A stretch of 64,000 bases of DNA, from assembly GCA_963713825.1 (NCBI GenBank), contig CAVQNG010000003.1, positions 640,001-704,000 on the forward strand, read 5' to 3'. Position numbers and translations under genes: made by a program. This document shows positions 39,283 through 48,859 of the stretch, in pieces. The stretch is from an uncultured Acidobacteriota bacterium. Lineage in GTDB: Bacteria; Acidobacteriota; Thermoanaerobaculia; Multivoradales; JAHEKO01. The notes beneath the pieces were generated by a model. It did not search any database. It was not told the DNA's origin and saw only the letters and a list, made by a program, of their open reading frames with translations. Position 1 is the first letter of the stretch; each line of letters begins with the position of its first letter.

Positions 39283-39548
39283 GTCAGGGTTCTCCCAGCA
39301 GCAGCTCGACTCGTTTCACTCGCCTCGCCCTTGAAGAAAGGCAGAAAGTCGTAGCCGTCAAGTCCAATGCGCATGGTCGCGCGGTCCTCATCCGAGATGT
39401 CGGAGCCCGCTTCGGCACTCTCATCCTCGTCTGCCGTTTCCTTCTGGTTGTCCGCCTGAGCTGCAGCGACCCCCGGCAGGCTGGGCGCGAGCAGGAGGGT
39501 CAGCCCTAGAATCCCGACCCCTCGTTGGTTGAAGACTTTCATGTTCAC
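39279..39548 (-). pseudogene. Chimeric relic: signal peptide joined to a sulfatase C-terminal fragment
   Basis: AAGGA RBS and signal peptide; LDGYDFLPFFKGE matches HLDGYDLLPALKGE of the 26285-27838 sulfatase. Confidence 0.5.
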
Positions 39549-39752
39549 TGTCCTATTCCTTGAGTCTCCGCCCGCCGTCGACGGGAGAGGCCTGTGATTA
39601 TCCCCTGCCGCCCCAGGCGTACTGATAGGCGATGGAGATTGTATCGTGGTCCCCGCAGGCTCTTCGCGTTACCGCAGAGCCCAGTCCAAAGACGATGCCC
39701 TAAGAGGCTGTGACCGGGTAGGCCAGCGACCAGCGAAAACGCCAGTTGCTCT

Positions 39753-39787
39753 GAAGGGTCTAAAGAAACCCGTTTCTCTAGACCTTC
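39753..39787. repeat. Intergenic palindrome (REP-like or terminator)
   Basis: gaagggtctaaagaaac-cc-gtttctctagaccttc. Confidence 0.45.
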
Positions 39788-39811
39788 GAAGATGAACCCC
39801 TCGCCACGCGC

Positions 39812-40432
39812 TCACTCCGGGGCGTCCGCGGTAGAAGGTCCGCTCGGCGAGGGGTCTTTCTTCGCCAACAGCGCCTCCGTCCCCACTCCCCAATTCAGGG
39901 GCCAGCCCAGGGCATCAGACATCGAGCACTCGAGACGTTCGAGCTTGGTCGGACTGACGATCTGGAGGAATCCCATTCCCGGAGCCGGGGCCATCGGCGC
40001 GAACACAGTCAGATCTCCATCCGGCAGCTCTTCGACAATGGCCACGAGCATTCGGGAGTCGGGGGCTACAGTCATGAGTGCCGGCTGGAGACCCTCCTGC
40101 TCTTCGCCCGAGAGCCGCTGCGACAGGCTCTTGAGGAGTGCATAGGGAGGGAACTTGCCCATGACGGTGTCCTCGAACCACCGCCCGAAACGACGAGCGA
40201 GGGTGGTGTGGGCAACCTGAGCCACCAGGATGCAGAGCACGATGAGGACGAGGAAGGCAAAGAGACGCTGCATGCCTTCTCTGCGAATCAGGCTCCCGGG
40301 CATCACGTCGACGATCGGCTGCGTCAAAGAAAGGAGCAGGTCGACCAGCTGACCCAGCAACAGGTACGCGATCAGAAACGGAAGGAGGATGAAAAAGCCC
40401 CGCATGGTCTTCGCTACGATTGATTCCTTCAT
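39812..40432 (-). CDS. DUF502 domain membrane protein
   Basis: GFFILLPF, FE..M.KFPPY..LK, VFAPMAPAPGMG. Confidence 0.8.
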   Translation of the reverse strand: MKESIVAKTMRGFFILLPFLIAYLLLGQLVDLLLSLTQPIVDVMPGSLIRREGMQRLFAFLVLIVLCILVAQVAHTTLARRFGRWFEDTVMGKFPPYALLKSLSQRLSGEEQEGLQPALMTVAPDSRMLVAIVEELPDGDLTVFAPMAPAPGMGFLQIVSPTKLERLECSMSDALGWPLNWGVGTEALLAKKDPSPSGPSTADAPE

Positions 40433-40469
40433 TTCCCCAATCTCCTCTCTGGCTCAATTCGGCAACCGG

Positions 40470-40556
40470 AAGGCGAGGCCCGTCCCGCAGCGCCTCGAGC
40501 GTGATCTCCGCTCCTGCGGTCGGCGTAGCATAGTCGTTGACCAGGAGGATCTTCAT
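40470..40556 (-). pseudogene. N-terminal stub of a GT4 glycosyltransferase
   Basis: MKILLVNDYATPTAGAEITL..L..G start typical of GT4; continuity lost after about 28 codons. Confidence 0.5.
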
Positions 40557-40581
40557 CCTGCCGGCACCATGAGGCGCAATC

Positions 40582-41637
40582 TCAACCGCCTCCAGCCTCC
40601 GTCTCGATCGGAATGGTCCTGGACTCCGCTGCCGACCGCATCGCTGCATCCAACAAAGACAGACCACGAAGACCGTCTGCAAGATCCGGTCTTGCTGGGC
40701 GGCCTTCTCGGGCCGCTCGAGAGAATTCGTTCAGGGCCTCCGAGTAGCTCGCCTCGGGTACCCCACCGCGGAGCTTGCGCTGCCAATAGGAGAGGTCAGC
40801 CAGCGCCCCCACGGCATTCGATACCCGGAGCAGTCGTACCCGATCGAGCGTAGTCGGATGTACCTCTATTCGATCGCTGCGATAGCGATCGATGACGATC
40901 CTGCCGGCGTCGCCATAGATCTCGATGCGGTCGTCCTCCACCGAGCTGATCGTGGCCAGGATATGAACGGCTACGCCGCCCTCCATCTCCAGCCGAACCG
41001 TCGCCGTATCGTCCTCGGAATGAACCGATCGCAGGTGGCACGAGATGGCCAGTGGTCGGGATTGCAGTAGCCATGGCAGCAGATCGAGATGGTGCGACGC
41101 CAGGTCCAGCAACGCTCCGCCTCCGGTCTCCCGCTGCCGTTTCCAGTCGGGCAGATCCCGCAAGGGGGTGGAGAAGACGGTCTGCACGGCTACTACCCGG
41201 CCGATCCGCCCCTTGGCTACCAACCTGCGCGCCTCCCCTTGCATGCTGCCGAAGCGGTAGTTGTGCCCGATCATGCCGGTCGTTCCCGCCGCCTTCCATG
41301 CCGCGACGACCTCCCGCGCGGCCGCCAGAGTCGGAGCCAGGGGTTTCTCCAGATAGACGTGCAATCCCCTGGCGAAGGCTGCGGCGGCGGCGCCAGCGTG
41401 CAGTGCGTTCGGCAGGGTAATCACCACGGCGTCGAGCTGGACCTCGTCAAGAAGCGTCTCGATCCCATCGAATACCGCGGCAGCAGGAAGACAACGGCTC
41501 ACCTCTTCCCGCCGGGCGGCGTCCGTCTCGGCTATCGCAACTACATCGACGCCCTCGAGTCCCGTCAGCACCGGCAGATGGATGTGCTCGGCCACCCGAC
41601 CGTAGCCCAGCAGGGCAACTCTGAGTTTGCTCTCCAC
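40582..41637 (-). CDS. Gfo/Idh/MocA family oxidoreductase
   Basis: VALLGYGRVA, HVYLEKPLA, GHNYRF, GGGALLDLASHHLD. Confidence 0.92.
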   Translation of the reverse strand: MESKLRVALLGYGRVAEHIHLPVLTGLEGVDVVAIAETDAARREEVSRCLPAAAVFDGIETLLDEVQLDAVVITLPNALHAGAAAAAFARGLHVYLEKPLAPTLAAAREVVAAWKAAGTTGMIGHNYRFGSMQGEARRLVAKGRIGRVVAVQTVFSTPLRDLPDWKRQRETGGGALLDLASHHLDLLPWLLQSRPLAISCHLRSVHSEDDTATVRLEMEGGVAVHILATISSVEDDRIEIYGDAGRIVIDRYRSDRIEVHPTTLDRVRLLRVSNAVGALADLSYWQRKLRGGVPEASYSEALNEFSRAAREGRPARPDLADGLRGLSLLDAAMRSAAESRTIPIETEAGGG

Positions 41638-41775
41638 TATGCTCGACTCCTATCAAGGGCTGTTCGGCGACCTTGCATTTCGAAGAACCCTATACTCCCA
41701 TGGCCGAACGCTCACGTGGAGAAAGGGCATCCGCGAGCTCGAGACCGGGTCCCCGCCACCTATACTTGGCGCTCG

Positions 41776-43245
41776 ATGACTGCCACACCGCAGCCTCCGA
41801 TCGACTCCCAACCCCGATCGCGAAAGAGGACCCGACTCATGGCCATCGCGTTGCTGTTCTTCCACATTCTCGGGGCGATCTCCTCCATGCACGCCATCAT
41901 GAGCACCAGGACGTCCCAGGGAGCCGTCGCCTGGGTTGTCTCTCTCAATACGTTCCCCTTTGTCGCTGTACCCGCCTACTGGGTTCTCGGCCGCAACAAG
42001 TTCCAGGGCTATGTCACCGCCCGGCAACTGGTCGACGAGGAGCTCGTCCAGGTGGCGCCCGAAACCGTAGCTCACGTCGAGGAGTTCATGGTCTCTCGCG
42101 ACGAGCTCACTCCCGGCCTGAGGATGGTCGACACTCTCACCGACATGCCGTTCACCACGGGCAACGACGTCGAGCTCCTGATCGACGGGGATGCAACATT
42201 CGACAGCATTCTCGAGGGCATCGCGGGTGCCAAGGACTATGTCCTGTTTCAGTTCTACATCATCAAGGAAGACGAGTCGGCACCGCATCAAGGATCTCTT
42301 GATCAGAGGGCCAACCAGGGAGTGCGGGTCTTCTTCCTTTTCGACGAGGTCGGCAGCAGCAAGTTGTCGCGGAGGTACCAGAACGAGCTTCGCGAGGCCG
42401 GGGTCGAAGTCTCGGCTTTCAACACGACCCAGGGGCGCCGTAATCGGTTTCAGCTCAACTTTCGCAATCACCGCAAGATCGTGGTCGTGGATGGGCATAC
42501 CGCCTGGATCGGGGGGCACAACGTCGGTGACGAATACCTGGGGAGAGATCCGAAGTTCGGGCACTGGCGCGACACCCACGTGCGCCTGGAGGGACCCGCT
42601 GTCATCGGTGCACAGATTTCTTTCGCCGAGGACTGGTACTGGGCCACCCGCAGGTCCCTCGCTCTCGACTGGCTGCCCGACCCTTCGTCGACCGGCGACC
42701 GCAAGATACTGGTGATACCCACCTCACCTGCCGACACCAGGGAGACGGCTTCGTTGATGTTCATCCAGGCCATCTCCAGCGCCGTGGAACGGGTCTGGAT
42801 CGCCAGTCCCTATTTCGTACCCGACGAAGGCGTGCTCAAAGCACTCGAGTTGGCCGATCTGCGAGGGGTCGACGTGCGAATCCTGATTCCCGATGAGCCC
42901 GATCACATGCTGGTCTACCTCGCGGCCTTTACATTCGTCGATGAGCTCGCCAACACCGGCATCGGCTTCTATCGCTACACCGCCGGCTTCCTGCACCAGA
43001 AGGTCGTTCTCGTCGACGACCACATTGCGGTCGTCGGCACGGCCAACCTCGACAATCGGTCTTTGCGCCTCAACTTCGAGGTCTCGACCTTGGTGGTGGA
43101 TCCTCCGTTCGCGAGCCAGGTGGCTGCGATGCTCGAAGAGGACTTCGCCAAGTCGCGCAAGATGAGCCCCGGCGCATTTCGCGAGAGGCCCTTCTGGTTT
43201 CGGTTCGCGGCCCGGGCCGCCCGGCTTACTGCGCCGATTCTCTAG
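41776..43245 (+). CDS. cls: Cardiolipin synthase (short compensated frameshift near 42270-42310)
   Basis: N-terminal TM pair; RNHRKIVVVDG and LHQKVVLVDD HKD motifs; WRDTH, SPYFVP, GTANLDNRS. Confidence 0.93.
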   Translation: MTATPQPPIDSQPRSRKRTRLMAIALLFFHILGAISSMHAIMSTRTSQGAVAWVVSLNTFPFVAVPAYWVLGRNKFQGYVTARQLVDEELVQVAPETVAHVEEFMVSRDELTPGLRMVDTLTDMPFTTGNDVELLIDGDATFDSILEGIAGAKDYVLFQFYIIKEDESAPHQGSLDQRANQGVRVFFLFDEVGSSKLSRRYQNELREAGVEVSAFNTTQGRRNRFQLNFRNHRKIVVVDGHTAWIGGHNVGDEYLGRDPKFGHWRDTHVRLEGPAVIGAQISFAEDWYWATRRSLALDWLPDPSSTGDRKILVIPTSPADTRETASLMFIQAISSAVERVWIASPYFVPDEGVLKALELADLRGVDVRILIPDEPDHMLVYLAAFTFVDELANTGIGFYRYTAGFLHQKVVLVDDHIAVVGTANLDNRSLRLNFEVSTLVVDPPFASQVAAMLEEDFAKSRKMSPGAFRERPFWFRFAARAARLTAPIL

Positions 43246-43254
43246 CGCCAGCCC

Positions 43255-44003
43255 TCAGTCGAGAACGAGCCTCGAATTGAGAGGCTGGATGGGCCGATTG
43301 TTGTCGAAGCCCAACAGGTCATGGTAGTGCTGGATCTGCGCGGGCGAGGCGATTACCGGCTGCTTGAGGACGATCCACTTCACTCCCTCCGTACAGGGAG
43401 GCGTGGTCAGGGAGCCGTTGTAGAGGAAGTAGTCTGACCGACCCTTGACCAGTTCGTTGATATCCACTGGGTCTGCGAAGGGGTCCTCGCCGCGCGCGGC
43501 CCTGAACGAGGGCAGCTGGTTCAAGCAGGTCATTGGACTCGCCCTCCTGGAAGAGCAGACCGACGACAACATAATCTCCCTTCTTATTCTGGTGAACGAA
43601 ATGCGTCTCCATCGGGAAGGCCTCGCCGTCGACCAGGTGCTCGCTCGGGCTGTGAAAATGAAACTGCTTGAGCTCGAACCGGTCGTCTTTGATGAGGATG
43701 TAGTTGCCGGGTCTCACATTCTCTTGGATGGCGTGCCCGGTGTTGACCTCGACGAGATTGCCGGGGTTGGTGTAGTCGAAGATCAACTCGGGTAGATCGG
43801 CGTCAGATGGGCCACAAGGTCGATCGGAGACTGGTTCCTCCCCTTGGCGCACATGTCGAATTCCTCCGCCAGCTCGCCCCAGTGCTCCGGTCCCTCCTCG
43901 CCCTCGTAGGTCCAGTGGGCGCCTTCGCTTGCCCAGGCAGATGAGGTACAGCAGCGATCGCGGTCAGCAGCATGAAACACAGCAACGCGGGTATGTAACG
44001 CAT
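43255..44003 (-). CDS. Alpha-class carbonic anhydrase, split by about 3 frameshifts (indel artefact or pseudogene)
   Basis: [63 protein letters not shown]. Confidence 0.88.
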
Positions 44004-44071
44004 CAAGGAATTCCCTCTCACGGCTAGCTGTGGTTCGAGATCGCACCAGGTGTCGTAGCCCAGCCGAAAGT

Positions 44072-44876
44072 CTATCCGAGTCGCTGGCGAAGGAAATCCA
44101 CCATTGCGGCAGTGACCGCCTCGGGTTGCTCGAGGGTCGAGAGGTGACCAGCGCGCGGGATCTCGACCAGCTTCGAGTCGGGCAATCCCGCATCGATCTT
44201 CTTCGACAGTCGCGCGGGCAGAGAGCGATCCTCGGAGCCGAAAATGACCAGGGAGGGAACCTCGATCTCGCCCAGGCGGGCGACGACCGAGTCCCGGCGC
44301 ATCAGCATCTCCAGAAGTGGCGCATCGACTCCAGGTCGGCCGCGGCAAAGCGGCTCCTCCATTCCTCCACCAGTTGTCGGTTCTCGCGGCAGGTCGTAGG
44401 ACCGAACATCCCCTTCGACAATGGCGGGCAAGAAAGGGACGCAAACCCACCAGGCGGGTCGCCCGCTCCCATGGGCCGGTTCTTGATCTTGATCCAGGCC
44501 CGCTCGGCGCCGGCATCGGTATCGAGGAGGATCAGTGCGCGGACGCGCTCCGGGTAGCGGAGAGCGCGCTCGCATCGCGGTCATTCCGCCGACCGACAGT
44601 CCGGCCCAGACCGCCCGTTCGATCTCGAGGTGATCCAGAAGGGCCACGCGAATCCTCGACCAGGTCGTAGACCTCGAAGTCTTCCCGTACCGGACTGCTC
44701 CGCCCGTGGCCCTCGGTAGTCGACGTTGATCACCCGGTGGGACTCGGCCAGCTCGGGCACCTGCTCGCGCCACATCTCTCCCGAGCAGAAGAAGCTGTGA
44801 CCCAGCAGAATGGCCGGCTCCCGAGCCGATCTCTTCGTAGAAGATCTGCTGATGCCTGAGGTTCTAGGAACGGCAT
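44072..44876 (-). pseudogene. Alpha/beta hydrolase (PcaD-like), multiply frameshifted
   Basis: LLGHSF, DYRG, GLSVGG nucleophile elbow, [14 protein letters not shown]. Confidence 0.75.
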
Positions 44877-44924
44877 GGAAGCTGGACCAGCAGTCTACAG
44901 CAACCGTCGGAGTCTGAGCTTCGG

Positions 44925-46821
44925 CTAGCTCGGATCCTCGGCCGCCGTACTCCTCGCGCAGGGATTCCGTGTCCCAACCCTTGTCCCGGGTATCACCGGA
45001 GTCTTCCAGGTCGCCCAGCAGGAGGGTCTCGAGATCGCCGATGCGCTGGCGGGCGGTATGGATGTAGAGCTTGCGATCGTGGCGCATCTCGGCCAGCTCC
45101 CGCACCGCTGCCTCGTCATGCAGACGGAACTTCTGCGCTGCCCGAAAGGCCTGATAAGCCCTTCTCCCGAGAAGTCGAAGTGCTTCGACCCCGGTCCTCA
45201 AGCCGCTGTCGAGCTTCTCGCGATAGACGTGGTCGACACCCGCTTCGAGCAGATCGTAGGCCTCGCGACGACCTCCAGCTCGGGCGAGGAGGACGAGATG
45301 AGGGAAGTGTTTGCGGACCGTTTCGACAAGCTCCATCCGCTTGTCGTGGGAGTCGAGAGCCAGCACCAGGAGCTTCGCCTGATCGGCCCCCGCCGCCTTC
45401 AGCAGGTCGAAGCGGGAGGCATCTCCATAGAAGACCTTCAGACCCAGCTTGCGAAGCAGATCGACGCGATCCGAGTCGTACTCGAGAACCGTCGTTCCCA
45501 CCCCGTTGGCGCGGAGCAGGCGCCCCACGATGCTGCCGAAGCTGCCAAAGCCGGCGATGATCACGGGGTTTTCCTCGTCGATGACGTCGGCCTCCCGATC
45601 CTCCCTCTCCCGGGTACCGAAACGAGGCAGCACGATCTTCTCGTTGAGCAGCATCAGGATCGGTGTCGCGGCCATGGTCAGGGCGGCGACCGCCATCAGG
45701 GTGGAGGCCAAGCTCGATTCCACGACGCCCTCGCGGACGGCGAATGAGAACAATACGAAGGCGAACTCACCACCTTGCGCTAGCGAAAAGGAGAAGACCA
45801 GGTTCTGATCCAGGCTCATCTTGAAGACTCGCCCCAGCACCAGCAGAATCGCGAGCTTCACGACGATCAGCACGACCATCAGAGAGACGACGAGACCCAG
45901 CCGCTGCGAGATCAGTCCAAAGTCGATCGCCGCACCGACCGAGATGAAGAAGAGGCCCAACAGCAGCCCCTTGAACGGCTCGATATCGCTTTCGAGCTCA
46001 TGCCGATACTCACTGCGCGCCAGGATCACGCCGGCCAGAAACGTCCCCAGCGCCGGGCTGACCCCGACCTTGCTCATCAGCATGGCCGTTGCGATGACCA
46101 GCAGAAGGGCTGCCGCTGTGAAGAGCTCACGCATCCCGGTGCGGGCGATGAATCGGAAGAACGGCTGCAGCAGATATCGCCCCAGCAGGATGATCGAGGC
46201 CACGGCGGCGACGACCACCAGCGTTTCGGCCCAACCCGGCAGGCCCTCGACCCAGGTCGTGTCATGCCCGCCAGTTCCGGAGCCATGGGTCCGTGCGGCC
46301 GACGTCGCCAAGAGCGGCAGCAAAGCCAGAATCGGTATGACGGCGATGTCCTGGAAGAGCAGCACCGAAAAAGCGCTCTGGCCGCCTGAAGTTCGCAGTA
46401 GGCCCTTCTCCCGCAGGGTTTGCAGCACGATGGCAGTCGAGGAAAGAGCGAGTATCACACCGATTGCCAAAGCCTCGCGCCAGGTCAAATCGAAGACCAG
46501 ACCGATGACAGTCAATACTCCGGCGGTCAACACAACTTGGGAGCCACCCAGGCCGAGGATCGGCGCCCGCAAGCTCCAGACGCGGCTGGGCTCGAGCTCC
46601 AGGCCGATCAAAAAGAGCATCAGGACCACACCGAACTCGGCGAAGTGCAGAACGTCCTGGCCTTCCTCCCCAACCAGCCCCAAAACGAAGGGCCCGATGG
46701 CTACACCGGCCAGCAGATAGCCCAACACCGAGCCCAAACCCAGGCGCTTGGCAATCGGCACCGACACAACGGCGGCCGTCAGATAGATCAGGGCCTGGAG
46801 GAAGAAGCCCTCGCCGTACAT
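44925..46821 (-). CDS. kefC: CPA2 K+ efflux antiporter (KefB/KefC-like) with TrkA-N domain; 3' end probably frameshifted
   Basis: AEFGVVLMLFLIGLEL, LSSTAIV, LLFQDIAVIP, HELESDIEPFKGLLLGLFF, IIAGFGSFG, FYGDASR; TAG at 44925-44927 in the adjacent frame. Confidence 0.88.
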
Positions 46822-47438
46822 CAGATCTCCTCTCCTGCGCCTCGCAGCAACTGGTTCAGATTCCAGTTGATGCGCGGCAGGTCATCCAGGCCATCCAACT
46901 TGACGCGTTCCTCACGCAGCGCCTCGACAAGTCGCCGATAGTCGTCTGCATGGGATCGGACCTCCTCGGCGGTCATTCCGTGCGTTCCGTGCACGACGAA
47001 AGGAGGCAGGTACTCCACGCCGCACAGTCGGAAGGTCTGCGCGATCGGTGTCAGGAACTGGCGCATGGTGAATCGATTGTGCCCGGCGGGTTCGTACGCT
47101 GGCTCACCGCCTCCGGTGGTGACGACGCTCAAGGCCCGTTTGCCTTCCAACATTCTGCCCTCGGAGCCGTAGGCCCAGCCATGCTCCAGCACGAGATCCT
47201 GCCACTCCTTGAGCAATGCCGGAGTGCTGTACCAGAAGAAGGGGTGCTGCAAGACAATCAGATCGTGCTCGACCAGGAGCGCCTGCTCTCTTCGCACGTC
47301 GATATCGAATTCCGGATAAGTCTCATAGAGATCGTGGAAAGTCACGCCTGGCAGGTCCCGCACCGCCGCCATCAGTTTGCGATTGACACGGGACTTCTCC
47401 AGCGCCGGATGCGCAAAAAGGACCAGTATCCTGTTCAT
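46821..47438 (-). CDS. kefF: KefF/KefG-like NAD(P)H oxidoreductase (Flavodoxin_2)
   Basis: ILVLFAHP, HDLYETYP, QHPFFWYSTPALLKEWQDLVL, TTGG; abuts the kefC start. Confidence 0.88.
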   Translation of the reverse strand: MNRILVLFAHPALEKSRVNRKLMAAVRDLPGVTFHDLYETYPEFDIDVRREQALLVEHDLIVLQHPFFWYSTPALLKEWQDLVLEHGWAYGSEGRMLEGKRALSVVTTGGGEPAYEPAGHNRFTMRQFLTPIAQTFRLCGVEYLPPFVVHGTHGMTAEEVRSHADDYRRLVEALREERVKLDGLDDLPRINWNLNQLLRGAGEEI

Positions 47439-47586
47439 GCTGCGGTCTCCACCGTCTCGCTGGCGGGAAGGATACCGGATTCTGACCCGGTTGCCCTTTC
47501 GTGCGCCATCGGAACGGGGACGCACACTGCCTCCGGTCGCTCCGGCCGCGTTCTGAGAGCAGGAATCTCGCTCCGACCATCAATTT

Positions 47587-48553
47587 CTATCGGATCAGGT
47601 GCGTGTCTCGTTGACCGAGACCCAGTTGTACCAGAAGGTGTCGAATCCGGTGAGCTTTCGGCTCCACTGCCTCGCCCGCTCGTCGCCAGCGCCAGGAGAT
47701 CCCTCGCTTACTTGGCCTGGTACGACCAGGGATCCCGGAACGATCCAGGCCTCGGGAAGACTCGAAGATGGCGGCCTTTTTGCCCCGATAGAGGAAGAGT
47801 CGCTGGTCGCCCCAGCCCTCGACTTCGAGGACCTTGCCTCCCGCAAAGGCGGTATGAGGCACGGCATAGGGCTCGTCGTCCCTCCAGAAGGAGTAGATGG
47901 AATCTTTCGGCGCCAGCCGATGGTCGTCGATCTCGAGATCGCGGAAGGTGCCTTCGGAGTCGAAATAGTTGTCATAGGGGTTGTTCTCGATGTGCTCCTC
48001 ACCGTCGACGGAAAGCACCAGGGTGTCTGGATGGCGCCGGCGCCAGTCCTTCCAGGTGACCTTCTCGCCCCGGGGAAACTCCACCAGCTCGACGCCGTCC
48101 AGCTCTCCGCCGATGGCGTCGGAGGTCATGATCGACCACCAGCTGTCCGTCTCGCGATCCCGCATCACCAGGGAGGCATCCATCAGCGCCCCCGAGGCCT
48201 CGAAGTTCAGTTCCTTCTCTCCTACTTTGCGGTCGTAGACTACGGCCGTGTTGGCGAGCGGTCACCACACGGCAGCGAACGAGTTTTCGCCGATCCTGTC
48301 GTTCACCACTTCGTGCCGGTTGAGCAGGTTCAGGCTGTAGGCGCGAGCCTGCCCATCGATCTCCACTCCCAGGATCCAGGCGTCGTCCGCGATCTCCGCT
48401 TCCCCGGCGCTGACGAACTCTGGATTGAAGATCGCGGCGATCTTGCCCCGCTCGAGGATTTGCTCCACTCCCTCCGGCAGCTCGTCAGCCAGGCATCGCA
48501 CTCCCCAGACCGGCGCCCAGGCCAAGCAGGGCAAGCATCGTTCGTTTGCGCAT
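47587..48553 (-). CDS. DUF3179 family secreted protein, probable selenoprotein (Sec at TGA 48262-48264); frameshifts near both ends
   Basis: IAAIFNPEF, ARAYSL.LL..HEVVND...AAVW-TGA-PLANTAVVYDR, FEASGAL, LVMRDRETDSWWS; in frame across the TGA. Confidence 0.8.
48230..48248 (-). promoter_or_regulatory. Bacterial SECIS-like hairpin
   Basis: CGG-C-CGUA-GUC-UACG-A-CCG at +14 to +32 after the UGA; loop G at +22, U at +23. Confidence 0.65.
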
Positions 48554-48667
48554 CGCTCTCTCCAATTGCAATCCCCTCCGTTCGCCCACACTGCAGTCTA
48601 CGGCTGCAGTGCCTGAGCAGATCTCAAAGGTGGCCAATCCTACTCCGGGAGGGGTGCCCTGTCAGTG

Positions 48668-48716
48668 GCCAAAAAGCTCCACTAGACAGCCAAAATCAAC
48701 ATCTCGACGGCCAAAA
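48668..48716. promoter_or_regulatory. Three GCCAAAA direct repeats at an exact 21-bp period upstream of the DUF3179 promoter
   Basis: Repeats start at 48668, 48689 and 48710; TAGGAT -10-like hexamer on the minus strand at about 48637-48642. Confidence 0.45.
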
Positions 48717-48723
48717 TGACAAA

Positions 48724-48743
48724 GGCCGGCTTTCTAGCCGGCC
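48724..48743 (-). terminator. Terminator hairpin downstream of the PDZ gene
   Basis: Minus strand ggccggct-agaa-agccggcc followed by tttgtcatttt. Confidence 0.55.
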
Positions 48744-48756
48744 GTCCCTCTCTGCA

Positions 48757-48810
48757 TGTAGGGGAGAGCCTTGCGCCCTCCCACGGGCGGGGGCAAGCCC
48801 CGCCCCTACA
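48757..48810. repeat. GTAG-type REP doublet (inverted pair)
   Basis: tgtaggggagagccttgcgccctccc-ac-gggcgggggcaagccccgcccctaca. Confidence 0.8.
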
Positions 48811-48819
48811 TTGTTTGTA

Positions 48820-48859
48820 GCCTCAGTGCCTCAGTGCCTCAATGCCCCATTGCCTCAAT
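48820..48859 (+). repeat. Five tandem 8-bp units (GCCTCAGT-like)
   Basis: gcctcagt gcctcagt gcctcaat gccccatt gcctcaat; a degenerate run also lies near 19920-19955. Confidence 0.65.

Noticed and set aside
41089-41775. Long N-terminal extension of cls
   Set aside because: It overlaps the opposite-strand oxidoreductase; cls similarity starts near 41776.
44581-44925. KefC-hydrolase fusion suggested by the 746-aa ORF
   Set aside because: The extension reads into the frameshifted hydrolase gene; a stop in the adjacent frame at 44925 gives a normal KefC length.
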